Shown one piece after another: positions 17,821 to 27,004 of a stretch of 64,000 nucleotides of DNA. Source of the stretch: Bdellovibrionales bacterium (GTDB lineage Bacteria > Bdellovibrionota > Bdellovibrionia > Bdellovibrionales > JAGQZY01); NCBI GenBank assembly GCA_964230645.1, contig CAXRHT010000002.1:896001-960000 (forward strand), read 5' to 3'. Each line of letters starts with the position of its first letter. Within the stretch, counting starts at the first letter, position 1. The notes below the pieces were generated by a model. That model was not told the origin of the DNA and made no database searches. It was given only the letters and a program-made list of their open reading frames with translations. Made by a program: the position numbers and the translations under genes.

Positions 17821-18742
17821 GCTCCTTTTTTACCCCAATCTAGAGGCCCGGGGCAACGATGAATCATTCAAAGAAACCATCGTCGAAAACAATAAATACC
17901 TCTCTAAACAGTTCGACAGTCTCGCACAGGAGATTGACACCCTTCTTTCCAACCGCAGGGGGAAAGTCCCCTCCAATAGTCGCCTTAGACTCTTAGGATA
18001 CTTTGAAAGTCGAGAAGGAGGGATACAAAATCAGAGCTTTTTTATCTCAGCGGACTTGAGACTTCCCAAGTTAGAAAAAAAGTGGAAGGTCCGCTTTTCG
18101 AGTTATGACCGAGAAGACGAGTTTGAGGGCTTACAGAGAAATCGTAATGGTGTGGCACCAAGAGAGCAGAAATCAGGGGCCAGTGTGGGCCTGATTCGAA
18201 AAGTCTCAGGCGTTAACTTTTTACTACGCCCTCGTATTGAACTTAAAGACCCTTTAGTTTCAAGTATGCTTTTAAAACTGAATGGAGACCTCCAAATTAC
18301 CTCTTGGGCTCTGCAGTGGCAACTCAAGTTTTTTGCTCATTCGGTCGATGGAGTGGGACAGTCGGCCGCCTTTGATTTTGAAAAAGATTTAACAAACCGA
18401 TTGGTTTTGCGATTATTTAACGAGCAACAGTATCTTGATCGAGACAATGTTTTTCGAGTGGCTCAGGGACCTTCTTTTCTCTACAAGCTCAATGATTTAA
18501 TGGGCCTTTCCACAACACTTGCCTTTAACTCTGCCAATAGAAACATTAGTACCCGTTTTACCGAAGAAGCCTATGGAGCCGAAAATTATCACCTGACCTC
18601 TTATCGTTGGGACATCACTTTTAGCCACAAACTACTAAGAAATGTGTTTCACTACCAATTGACACCTCTGCTGGAGTTCCCTAAACAACGAGGCTTCAAA
18701 GGTTGGGCCGGGATTATCCTCCGAACAGAAATCATCTTTTAA
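17789..18742 (+). CDS. Putative outer-membrane beta-barrel protein
   Basis: Signal-like MTNIFRVLFITLLFYPNLEA from ATG 17789; ADLRLPKLEKKW; C-terminal ILRTEIIF. Confidence 0.65.
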   Translation: MTNIFRVLFITLLFYPNLEARGNDESFKETIVENNKYLSKQFDSLAQEIDTLLSNRRGKVPSNSRLRLLGYFESREGGIQNQSFFISADLRLPKLEKKWKVRFSSYDREDEFEGLQRNRNGVAPREQKSGASVGLIRKVSGVNFLLRPRIELKDPLVSSMLLKLNGDLQITSWALQWQLKFFAHSVDGVGQSAAFDFEKDLTNRLVLRLFNEQQYLDRDNVFRVAQGPSFLYKLNDLMGLSTTLAFNSANRNISTRFTEEAYGAENYHLTSYRWDITFSHKLLRNVFHYQLTPLLEFPKQRGFKGWAGIILRTEIIF

Positions 18743-18747
18743 ACTAT

Positions 18748-20643
18748 TTAGGATCTCAGCGCTCTTTCCATCGTCTGAAGCAAACTTTGCTGACTCACCG
18801 GCTTTGAGATATAGTCATCAAAGCCTGCTTCAAGACATCGCTCTTTTTCACCTTTCATGGTGTGAGCTGTGAGAGCGATTATCTTTTTACTGTATTGGGA
18901 TCCTCGCAATATATTGACGGCCTCGTAACCATCAAGGCCCGGCATTTGAATATCCATAAGGACAAGATCATAGGGCTCGGCCATGGCTTTTTTCACCGCA
19001 TCGGAACCATTGTCCACGGTAGTGAGATTAGCCTTGGCTCCTTCAATAAAAATTTTAAATAAAACTTGGTTTTCCTTAGAGTCTTCCGCCAATAAAACTC
19101 TTTTGTCAGAGAAGTCATAATCTTTTTTAAGGGGCCTCTTCTTTTCACTTTCCTCAACCTGAGCTTGATCAAGGCTCTTAGGAGACTCAATCCAATCTTC
19201 TCCCATAACTTCGCAAGGCAAAGACACTCTAAAGTGACTTCCTATATTTTTACGGCTGGAAACTAAGATAAGTTCCCCTTCTAGAGCTTTGGCCAACTGT
19301 TTTGATATCGACAGCCCAAGCCCTGCTCCACCGAAATGGCGAGCATGCTCAGCGTCTGCCTGGGTAAAGGTATTAAAGATACTTTTCTGATTTTTCTCTT
19401 CAATTCCAATCCCTTGGTCAATCACATCAACTAAAAGGCGCCCGTTAGAAAAGCCTACTACCATTTTCACCATCGAATCATTGGGACTAAACTTAATAGC
19501 ATTACCTACAAGGTTAGTGACAATTTGCTTTAAGCGGGTCGGATCTGTTTTAATGGCTTTAGGGATTTTGTTGCCAAACTCCACTTTGAAATCTAACTTT
19601 TTGTCCGAAATTTTTTGAAGAAAGTAGTTCTCGATGTCTTTAATAAACTGGGCTAACTTAACTTCCTCAAAATGTAACTCTAATTTATCAGCGGACAAGC
19701 GCGAAATATCAAAGAGATCATCAATAAGATCCAAAAGATGCTCGCTGTTTCTCTTAATAAAAGAAACATGATGTTTCATCTCCCCTTTAACCTGGGGATC
19801 ATCGGCTATTAGCTCTGAAAACCCTAGGATGGCTCCAAGAGGCGTGCGAATTTCGTGACTCATGTTCGCTAGGAATAAATCTTTTGTTTTAGAAGAGGCC
19901 CTCATCTCTTCGACGTTTTTGATGTTTTCAGAAAGCAAACTACGATAACTGGCCGTCAATTTTTTCAATTGGCGAATCATTATAAAAACCACGAAAAAGG
20001 CTAAAATGAGTGTAAAGACAATTTCGATAATCCCGGTAATTTCCAGGGTTGAGCGTAACTTTTTACTGACCTCTCGGTGCCTCGCCTCGACTTGGTCTCT
20101 GAAGTTTTCCACTCTCTTTTTAATGGCTGAATAATTTTGATGATCGTGAACCAATTGCTTTTCAGCTTTCTGCTGGGCATTACGAATTTTTGATTCCCGT
20201 AAAGACAAGGTGGTTAAAACGTAGCGTTTGAAATCGCCATGCCCCACCAGTAGGGAGCGGAATTTGGTCGCAAAATTGGCGTCCATACTAAGATCAAGAA
20301 AAATTCGGTCCATGAGAGGATCGATCTTTTTTAGGCTTTCTTCTGCGAGGGAGCGAAAGTCATCATCACCTGTCATGATGTAACCGCGCATCCCATTTTC
20401 CACATCAGAGTAATATTTTTCGATTTGGACTAAGCCCAGGCGCAGTCGTTCAAAGCGGTTCTTCTTGCTTCCTAAAGCACCGATATAGTCATTTTGAAAG
20501 TGAAAAAAGACAAGGAGAACGAGTATGAAAAAAACCGGAATACTAACAATTCGAATGAGGTGGTTCTGGAAGGTGCGATTATCGAACTGGAAGGCTCTTT
20601 CTTTGTCAGCCGGCAAAGGCGACTGACGGCTTTCTTCACTCAT
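18748..20643 (-). CDS. Hybrid sensor histidine kinase (CHASE3-like sensor, HisKA, HATPase, REC)
   Basis: Two TM flanking ENGMRGYIMTGD; FLANMSHEIRTPL; NLVGNAIKF; DQGIGI; GGAGLGL; LVLMDIQMPGLDG. Confidence 0.93.
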   Translation of the reverse strand: MSEESRQSPLPADKERAFQFDNRTFQNHLIRIVSIPVFFILVLLVFFHFQNDYIGALGSKKNRFERLRLGLVQIEKYYSDVENGMRGYIMTGDDDFRSLAEESLKKIDPLMDRIFLDLSMDANFATKFRSLLVGHGDFKRYVLTTLSLRESKIRNAQQKAEKQLVHDHQNYSAIKKRVENFRDQVEARHREVSKKLRSTLEITGIIEIVFTLILAFFVVFIMIRQLKKLTASYRSLLSENIKNVEEMRASSKTKDLFLANMSHEIRTPLGAILGFSELIADDPQVKGEMKHHVSFIKRNSEHLLDLIDDLFDISRLSADKLELHFEEVKLAQFIKDIENYFLQKISDKKLDFKVEFGNKIPKAIKTDPTRLKQIVTNLVGNAIKFSPNDSMVKMVVGFSNGRLLVDVIDQGIGIEEKNQKSIFNTFTQADAEHARHFGGAGLGLSISKQLAKALEGELILVSSRKNIGSHFRVSLPCEVMGEDWIESPKSLDQAQVEESEKKRPLKKDYDFSDKRVLLAEDSKENQVLFKIFIEGAKANLTTVDNGSDAVKKAMAEPYDLVLMDIQMPGLDGYEAVNILRGSQYSKKIIALTAHTMKGEKERCLEAGFDDYISKPVSQQSLLQTMERALRS

Positions 20644-20954
20644 ATTTTTTGTTCTTTAAACCTCAGGTACTCTTCAATCCCCTGGACAAATCCTGCGGAA
20701 TCGATGTCTTTGCCCTCTTTTAGGTCAGCCTCGATGGCTTGGGCCATGTCCGCTAAAAAGGGAAATCCATAAGGAGCTGAGAATCCCTTCCAGTTGTGTG
20801 TAATCTTTTCAACCTCCTGAAACTCCTTATTTTCCATGTGAAAACGGATTTTTTCTAGGTCCGCGTAGCGGTCCTTGAGAAAGTCTGCCTGCAGCGGCTT
20901 GAGTTCAGGAAGAACCTCTGGTTCATTTAGCACTTTTGTTCTGTCAAACTTCAT
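20640..20954 (-). CDS. Stand-alone Hpt phosphotransfer protein
   Basis: THNWKGFSAPYGF (H-x-x-K-G Hpt motif); overlaps the kinase start. Confidence 0.85.
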   Translation of the reverse strand: MKFDRTKVLNEPEVLPELKPLQADFLKDRYADLEKIRFHMENKEFQEVEKITHNWKGFSAPYGFPFLADMAQAIEADLKEGKDIDSAGFVQGIEEYLRFKEQKI

Positions 20955-21018
20955 GCTATTTACATATAATATTTTATCGAATTTTAGTACCCTTAATTAG
21001 TTTAAGTGAGGATTTTTC

Positions 21019-21711
21019 ATGAAAAAGATTCTGTTAGTAGAGGACAGTAAAGAAATCTTTAATATGGTCCAGTTGAGCCTGAAATCAATTGCAGAGATCG
21101 AATGGGCGGGATCTTTCGAAAAAGGTCTTGAGGCCATTAGAAATCAAAAATATGAGCTCTACTTACTCGATATGGAGCTTCCAGACGGAAATGGTGTAGA
21201 GCTTTGCACTGAAATTAATACTAAAAACCCTTCGGCACCTATTTTCTTTCTGACTTCTCACAAAGAACTCTCTGACAAGGTCCTTTCATTTGCTGCTGGA
21301 GCTGACGATTACATTACAAAACCCTTTGAACCACTAGAGCTTAAAGCTCGCATTGAAGCCCGTTTTCGTAAAATGGATCTGAACCAAGAAGAACAGACTC
21401 ATATGAGATGGAAAGAGCTAGAAATCGACACTCTCACTCAGGAAGTGAAGGTCAATGGCGGAGAGGGTTGGCAAAAAGTCGACCTTACGGCACTTGAGTT
21501 CAAACTTCTTATGTATTTCGCCACGCGCTTTAACCACGTCATCAATCGGGACAAAATCCTCGATGATATTTGGGGAAAAGACGTGCATGTTTACCCAAGG
21601 TCTGTTGATACTCATGTCAGTAAGCTTCGCAAAAAGCTAGGCCCCGTGTCCGAAATTATCGGTTCTGTCCACGGAGCCGGTTACAAGTTTGTACCTACGC
21701 CTGTCGCCTAA
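21019..21711 (+). CDS. OmpR/PhoB family response regulator
   Basis: LLVEDS, LLDMELPDGNG, GADDYITKPF; wHTH RSVDTHVSKLRKKL...VHGAGYKF. Confidence 0.95.
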   Translation: MKKILLVEDSKEIFNMVQLSLKSIAEIEWAGSFEKGLEAIRNQKYELYLLDMELPDGNGVELCTEINTKNPSAPIFFLTSHKELSDKVLSFAAGADDYITKPFEPLELKARIEARFRKMDLNQEEQTHMRWKELEIDTLTQEVKVNGGEGWQKVDLTALEFKLLMYFATRFNHVINRDKILDDIWGKDVHVYPRSVDTHVSKLRKKLGPVSEIIGSVHGAGYKFVPTPVA

Positions 21712-21720
21712 GGTTGCAAA

Positions 21721-22218
21721 CTAGTGAAGCTTCATCATTGCATCGATACTGTTGAGGTGTCTCTCAAGCTCTGGGAGGACCTCGTTTCTGATGAAGCGCT
21801 TATCTTTTTCTTCCACCAAGGGATGCTTAAGAAAGCTTTTATATTCTTTCACTCCATGTTCTTCGCCCGTTTTGAGGGCTCTAAGAGTGGAATTTTCTCC
21901 AAAAAGCTTTGCTGTACTCATAAAAGCTTGAACCACGTAGCCCCAAGGTCCCGAACTCGTATCTGGCTCAACAGTCACACTTTCAACCTGTTCACGCCAG
22001 TACTCGGCGTTCGTTCTGTGCGAGACTAAAAACTCCTTAAGTCTCTTCACTTCCGCGGGATCGTCAATGGTCTTAAGGGCTTCTTCATAAGCCTCTACTG
22101 CCGATAACTCTCCCCTGAGAAGTTGATTCAAGGCTTCTCCTAGTTTCATACCTGGGGTTATCAAAATGTCTCCATAACCTTGTTCTGTGGCTTGGATCAT
22201 TGTGGCCTCCTTTGTCAC
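21721..22218 (-). CDS. DUF2383/PA2169-like ferritin-fold protein
   Basis: LNQLLRGELSAVEAYEEAL...SSGPWG...ALKTGEEHGVKEY; alternative ATG start at 22200. Confidence 0.82.
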   Translation of the reverse strand: MTKEATMIQATEQGYGDILITPGMKLGEALNQLLRGELSAVEAYEEALKTIDDPAEVKRLKEFLVSHRTNAEYWREQVESVTVEPDTSSGPWGYVVQAFMSTAKLFGENSTLRALKTGEEHGVKEYKSFLKHPLVEEKDKRFIRNEVLPELERHLNSIDAMMKLH

Positions 22219-22250
22219 AATTGGCTCCTTTGTTAGGGCTTAGAGTTGAT

Positions 22251-22784
22251 TTATTGGGTTTCAATCAAAGATTTCAGTTTCCAACTGGTCATTTCGTGGT
22301 TTTTTAAAACTCCCACAAGGAAATCTTCAGTGCCGTGGTCGCGCTTAAGTAAGCTATCATCGTCCAAGGCGTCTTTGATTTGATGCTGAATGATCATGTG
22401 GTCACGAAGCAGCTCAGAGATCATTTCATCGGCTGAAAGATTGGCCTCTTTGCCCGACTCTATGCTGTTAGATTGGCTAAATTCTTTCACTGTGCTCATT
22501 GGACGCCCACCAAGCACTCGGACTCTCTCTGCGATGTCGTCCATCTCATCAAGTAGAGCTCGATACTGAGTTTCCAAGAATTCATGAAGACTGTTAAAAC
22601 GAGGGCCTACGATGTTCCAATGAAAATTGAGAGTTTTGGTGAAAAGGGTGTACTCGTTCGCTAAAAGTAGATTGAGAAAAGCAATGCTCTCTTTGTTAGA
22701 CTCCTCAGGGAGTTTTCCCACAGGATTCATCTTCTTAACTTCTTTTTCTGAAAGCTGAGATTTAGTGTTTGTTGATGTTGCCAA
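22251..22784 (-). CDS. dps: Dps DNA-protecting ferritin-like protein
   Basis: KTLNFHWNIVGPRFNSLHEFLE...DDIAERVRVLG, W-K-L C-terminal motif. Confidence 0.93.
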   Translation of the reverse strand: MATSTNTKSQLSEKEVKKMNPVGKLPEESNKESIAFLNLLLANEYTLFTKTLNFHWNIVGPRFNSLHEFLETQYRALLDEMDDIAERVRVLGGRPMSTVKEFSQSNSIESGKEANLSADEMISELLRDHMIIQHQIKDALDDDSLLKRDHGTEDFLVGVLKNHEMTSWKLKSLIETQ

Positions 22785-22787
22785 AAT

Positions 22788-22991
22788 TTACTCCTTTTTA
22801 TTATTTTTAGAATTTTCATGAAGAGGATCTGGATCCCTAATAACTCCGTAGAGAACCGAGAGAATGGTCAGTCCTAAAAAGATAAATAAAAGGAACTTTG
22901 ATGTTCCAAAATTTAAAGGAAGTCCGGTTCCTAGTTCTAAAAAAACCAATCCGAAGGCTATAGACAGGCCCAGGAACACTCGAATGATCAC
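22788..22991 (-). CDS. Small two-TM membrane protein (DUF1328-like architecture)
   Basis: RBS GGAGGT; two hydrophobic helices; first gene of the dps operon. Confidence 0.6.
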   Translation of the reverse strand: MIIRVFLGLSIAFGLVFLELGTGLPLNFGTSKFLLFIFLGLTILSVLYGVIRDPDPLHENSKNNKKE

Positions 22992-23191
22992 AGAGTCACC
23001 TCCATCTGATAGTCCTTATTCTGTAGGAATCGGACCTATTTATCTTTTTCTGGTTTTCACGAGTTTGTGTTATTTTTTCCACAGACAAGGGACGAGTTTG
23101 TGTAGAAAATTACACACAGGTATAACTCCTTAAATTTAGACCTTTTCGATCGGCCTCGCTAATATAAGACCTCTTTAAAAGGAGAATACTA

Positions 23192-23575
23192 ATGAAACGA
23201 TTATTGATCCTATTTTTAATAAGCCCCCTACTTTTCGCCTGCACCGAGGAGCGTGAGGAAGCCCAAAGTGAAGTGGCAGAAATGAAAGAAAGTCTAGAAG
23301 TGGAACTTTCAGAATTCAGAACGGCCATGAATCAAAAACTCAGCCGACTTGATCGTAAAATTGGTGATTTAGAAGATAAACTTGAGGACAAGGCTGATAA
23401 AACCGAAAATGAAATCGAAGAGCAAGTCGAAGATCTCAAAAAAATGCGCAAGGATGTCAGCGAACAACTTGAAGATATGGACGAAGCGGTTGAGGATCAG
23501 TACGTAAACATGAAAAAGAGCGTAAAAGACAGCTACAAAAAGTTAGAGGACAAAGTCGAAGACCTTATCAATTAG
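23192..23575 (+). CDS. Coiled-coil acidic lipoprotein
   Basis: RBS AAGGAG; lipobox LLFAC; E/K/D-rich helical repeats. Confidence 0.8.
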   Translation: MKRLLILFLISPLLFACTEEREEAQSEVAEMKESLEVELSEFRTAMNQKLSRLDRKIGDLEDKLEDKADKTENEIEEQVEDLKKMRKDVSEQLEDMDEAVEDQYVNMKKSVKDSYKKLEDKVEDLIN

Positions 23576-23591
23576 TAAGACAAATTTCATT

Positions 23592-24335
23592 TTAGTAAGT
23601 GTAATTGAAACCGACAGAATAAGTGATATCAATTTTCTCAATGCCCTGCGGAGGAGCGGAGTCCTCCGCGTAGGTGGCCTGATTCACCCAACTTAACTGG
23701 TTTGAAACCCTAAACTCCATCCCGAGCGTTCCTTGAATTCTGTAGTCATCAATTCTTTTAAATGAGGGCTGATAGTAAGTGATCAGAACAATCTCGGAGT
23801 TTTCCCCCATAAGAGTCCTAAAGGAGAGATACAAATTTCCACGAAAGTTCGCCTGGTCCACACCATTCTCGATAGTCTCATCCTCATAAAAAAGCCCCCA
23901 CCCTGTGAAAAACGAAGTTCCCTCTTCATTTTTAAAGACTTTGGCTCTGAGGCCCCCACCCAAAAGTGTGCGTAAACTCAGTTGCTGAAATTCATTGAAT
24001 TCCATTTGACCAAAAGTCTCCCAGGCCCAGGACTCTGCAAACCCTTGTGCGTAGCGCAGATGTCCGTTGCCCCGATGGGAGTTTTTAAAGCCGGAGGCTT
24101 CTCCGTAAGTGTAATTGGTAATAAAAATATATTCGCGCTGTTTCTTTTTATAAATGTTTTGAGAGTTCGCACCAATTTCGAAAACATCAGTGTTTCCCGA
24201 AGCCCCAGACATTTGCAAACCAGAAGACCCACTAAATCCCTGTTTGAAACCCTGCCTAAGACTTTCAATATTAATAAAAGCATTAGCGGTGGTTGAAAAA
24301 TAGAAAATGACAATCAGAAGAAGAACACGAGACAA
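23592..24335 (-). CDS. DUF481 family outer-membrane beta-barrel
   Basis: Signal peptide; INIESLR, GASGNTD, HLRY, RTLLGGGLR, YYQPSF, C-terminal FNYTY. Confidence 0.82.
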   Translation of the reverse strand: MSRVLLLIVIFYFSTTANAFINIESLRQGFKQGFSGSSGLQMSGASGNTDVFEIGANSQNIYKKKQREYIFITNYTYGEASGFKNSHRGNGHLRYAQGFAESWAWETFGQMEFNEFQQLSLRTLLGGGLRAKVFKNEEGTSFFTGWGLFYEDETIENGVDQANFRGNLYLSFRTLMGENSEIVLITYYQPSFKRIDDYRIQGTLGMEFRVSNQLSWVNQATYAEDSAPPQGIEKIDITYSVGFNYTY

Positions 24336-24349
24336 AGTAACTACCTATT

Positions 24350-25258
24350 TTATATTTTATTATATTTTTCACCAGCAAGAACTTTTAACTTCACCGTGTC
24401 CTGCGGAAGAGGACAATGAAAGCCGGTAGAGACAGCACAAGGAGGGTTGTAGCTGTAATTAAAATCAAGCTTCACAAGAGATCCGTCTTTAAGTTCAGCT
24501 ATTTTCTTGTCAAAATACACATTTAAAAAGCGACCCGCACCGTAAGTCTGTTTACCGTTACTATAATCTCGATAAAGAAGCATAGTGGCCTTGTTTTCTT
24601 TATAGGAGTCACTCTCAGAGAAGTTGTACACGGAAAGCTTGCCTTTCTCCTTACCGCCTTTCATTTCGTAATGGATCTCACCGATCACTTGGATCTTTTT
24701 CTGGCTTCCGTCGGAGCGTTGAATGGTTATATCTTTTGATTTCTGTAACCACTTCCATTTCCCCATCATAACGTAGCCGGCGTTGTACTTAAAAAACTCT
24801 CTTTCTCTTTTTTTGTTTAATTTTTCTTGTCTGAGATCATGAATAAAAACGCGAATTCTGGGATCACCCTCATAGGCCATAGGAGCAATAAAAATTTTAC
24901 TACTTCCAGGAAGAGACGTTTCTTTTTTCATGGGCAGATCTTCAGTCTTTTTTGTATCCGTCAGACTCACTAATCGCAATTTTTTGTCTTTGAGAAGTTC
25001 AATTTTCCATTGGCAGCTCTTGCATTGTGAGAGCACCCAGCGAGGATAGGAGCCTCCTGTCTTTAAAAAAGCTTGGTCACCCACTTTTTCGAGATAAACA
25101 TGATGCGTGATCGTGGGTGCTGCAAATTTTTCCTGGAAACGCTCTTTCGATTCTTTGACCCATTCTTCCCACTGAGCGGGGGGCTTGAAATCCGCCTGGG
25201 CGCTATTAAAAGAAAAAAATAGGGATATCGATGCAAAAATAATCATTAGAGCTTTCAT
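24350..25258 (-). CDS. DUF1684 domain protein
   Basis: RDYSNGKQTYGAGRFL...LDFNYSYNPPCAVSTGFHCPLP...AGEK; start set at MKALMII. Confidence 0.88.
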   Translation of the reverse strand: MKALMIIFASISLFFSFNSAQADFKPPAQWEEWVKESKERFQEKFAAPTITHHVYLEKVGDQAFLKTGGSYPRWVLSQCKSCQWKIELLKDKKLRLVSLTDTKKTEDLPMKKETSLPGSSKIFIAPMAYEGDPRIRVFIHDLRQEKLNKKREREFFKYNAGYVMMGKWKWLQKSKDITIQRSDGSQKKIQVIGEIHYEMKGGKEKGKLSVYNFSESDSYKENKATMLLYRDYSNGKQTYGAGRFLNVYFDKKIAELKDGSLVKLDFNYSYNPPCAVSTGFHCPLPQDTVKLKVLAGEKYNKI

Positions 25259-25362
25259 GGGCTCAAATTTAGCACCGCTTGAGCGGCAGAGCAACACGTT
25301 AACACTCAACATAGGGCCCGACTCTGCTAGGATAAGAGTCTTCCTACAACCTAGAGGTCGCC

Positions 25363-26973
25363 ATGAAGATTATACCTTTTATCTTAGTGCTCTTAATACC
25401 GAGACTCCTTTGGGCCAGTGAACTGGCTTATGTCAAAACCGATTCTCCACGGGACACGATGGAAACCTTCATGGAAGCCATGAACGCTTACAAAACAGGT
25501 GTGTTGCAAGATGATCCTAAAAAACAGCTTCGCATCAACGATGCCATTCGCTGCTTTGCAGAAGAGGAGAACAGTGTCATCACCTCGCAACGGGAAAAAG
25601 AGTTGGCCGCTATATTCCTTAAAGAAGTCATCGATCGAGTGATCAAGGTGGATTATTCTTTAATTCCAGTAAGTACCGATAATGGACGCTGGCGACTAAA
25701 AAACACGGAAGTCGTACTAAAGCTGCAAAACGAAGGAGATCGTAAAGGTGAGTGGCTCATCACAGAAAGCACATGGAAGCGAGCCAATCAATTTTATCAA
25801 AGAGTCAAAGATCTCCCCTACAAAAAAGGAACCGGGAAAGGAGCGGCCTATATCCAACCTTGGATGGAAAAATATCTACCCAATTGGTCAAAAGAAGAAA
25901 CGCTTCGACTGAAGAATTGGCAGTGGCTGGGGCTCTTGGCTGGATTATTTCTAGGACTACTAGTTCGCCTGATCACCACCTTCCTCATTGGACTTTATAA
26001 AAAGCTCAGCATCACTCGAAGGTTCGAATGGAAAAAAGAACTTGTGGAAAAAATGGAAAAACCTTTTGCCTTGTTGATGGCGGCCCTTGTCTGGTGGATA
26101 TGGGTCTACTACTTAAAACTTGAAGGGCTTTCGTTTAGTATTGTGAACGGTTTAATTCAAATTGTTTTTGGTTTCGCTTTAACCTGGGCGGCTTTTCTTT
26201 GCGTGGGTGTTCTTGCTACTTTTTTTAAAGAAAAGGCGGTCGAAACGGAATCCACATTAGATGACCAATTGATTCCTTTCCTTGATAAAGCGCTAAAACT
26301 CACCATTGTTTTACTGGGCTTTCTCATTGTGTTGCAGAATATGGGAGTTAACGTTTTTTCTCTCTTGGCAGGACTTGGGCTTGGTGGTTTAGCCTTCGCT
26401 CTAGCGGCAAAAGATACCGCTGCCAACCTTTTCGGATCCATTATGATTTTAGTAGATCGTCCCTTCAAAATTGGTGACTGGGTTTCTGTAGACACAGTAG
26501 AGGGAACGGTTGAGGAGATTGGGTTTCGCTCTACCCGGATAAGGACTTTTTACAATTCCCTAGTGACAGTTCCTAACGCAAATATGGCGAACGCCCAAAT
26601 TGACAACCTCGGAGTGCGCCAATACCGTCGAACATCCTTTGAACTCGATGTCACCTATGGAACAAAATCAACAGATCTCGATGCTTTTATTGAAGGAATC
26701 CGAAAAATTATTCTAGATAACTCAATTTCTAGAAAAGACATGTACCACGTTTATTTCGCAGGTTACGGAGCTTCTAGCCTTAAAATCATGGTGTATTTTT
26801 TCTTGATAACCGATGACTGGGGAGAGGAACTCAAAGAAAAGCAAAATATTTATTTTAAAATCTACTCACTCGCTGAACAGCTCGGAGTGGAATTTGCCTT
26901 CCCAACTCAAACTATATTTCTTAACTCAGACGAAAAAGAAAAAAGAAAAGACGGCCCAATTGAGCCGTCTTGA
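25363..26973 (+). CDS. MscS family mechanosensitive channel with periplasmic N-domain
   Basis: TDSPRDTMETF; LLAGLGLGGLAFALAAKDTAANLFGS; IGFRSTRIRT; EFAFPTQTI. Confidence 0.92.
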   Translation: MKIIPFILVLLIPRLLWASELAYVKTDSPRDTMETFMEAMNAYKTGVLQDDPKKQLRINDAIRCFAEEENSVITSQREKELAAIFLKEVIDRVIKVDYSLIPVSTDNGRWRLKNTEVVLKLQNEGDRKGEWLITESTWKRANQFYQRVKDLPYKKGTGKGAAYIQPWMEKYLPNWSKEETLRLKNWQWLGLLAGLFLGLLVRLITTFLIGLYKKLSITRRFEWKKELVEKMEKPFALLMAALVWWIWVYYLKLEGLSFSIVNGLIQIVFGFALTWAAFLCVGVLATFFKEKAVETESTLDDQLIPFLDKALKLTIVLLGFLIVLQNMGVNVFSLLAGLGLGGLAFALAAKDTAANLFGSIMILVDRPFKIGDWVSVDTVEGTVEEIGFRSTRIRTFYNSLVTVPNANMANAQIDNLGVRQYRRTSFELDVTYGTKSTDLDAFIEGIRKIILDNSISRKDMYHVYFAGYGASSLKIMVYFFLITDDWGEELKEKQNIYFKIYSLAEQLGVEFAFPTQTIFLNSDEKEKRKDGPIEPS

Positions 26974-27004
26974 CGATCAAAAAGAGATTATTCAAAATCA
27001 CTTT

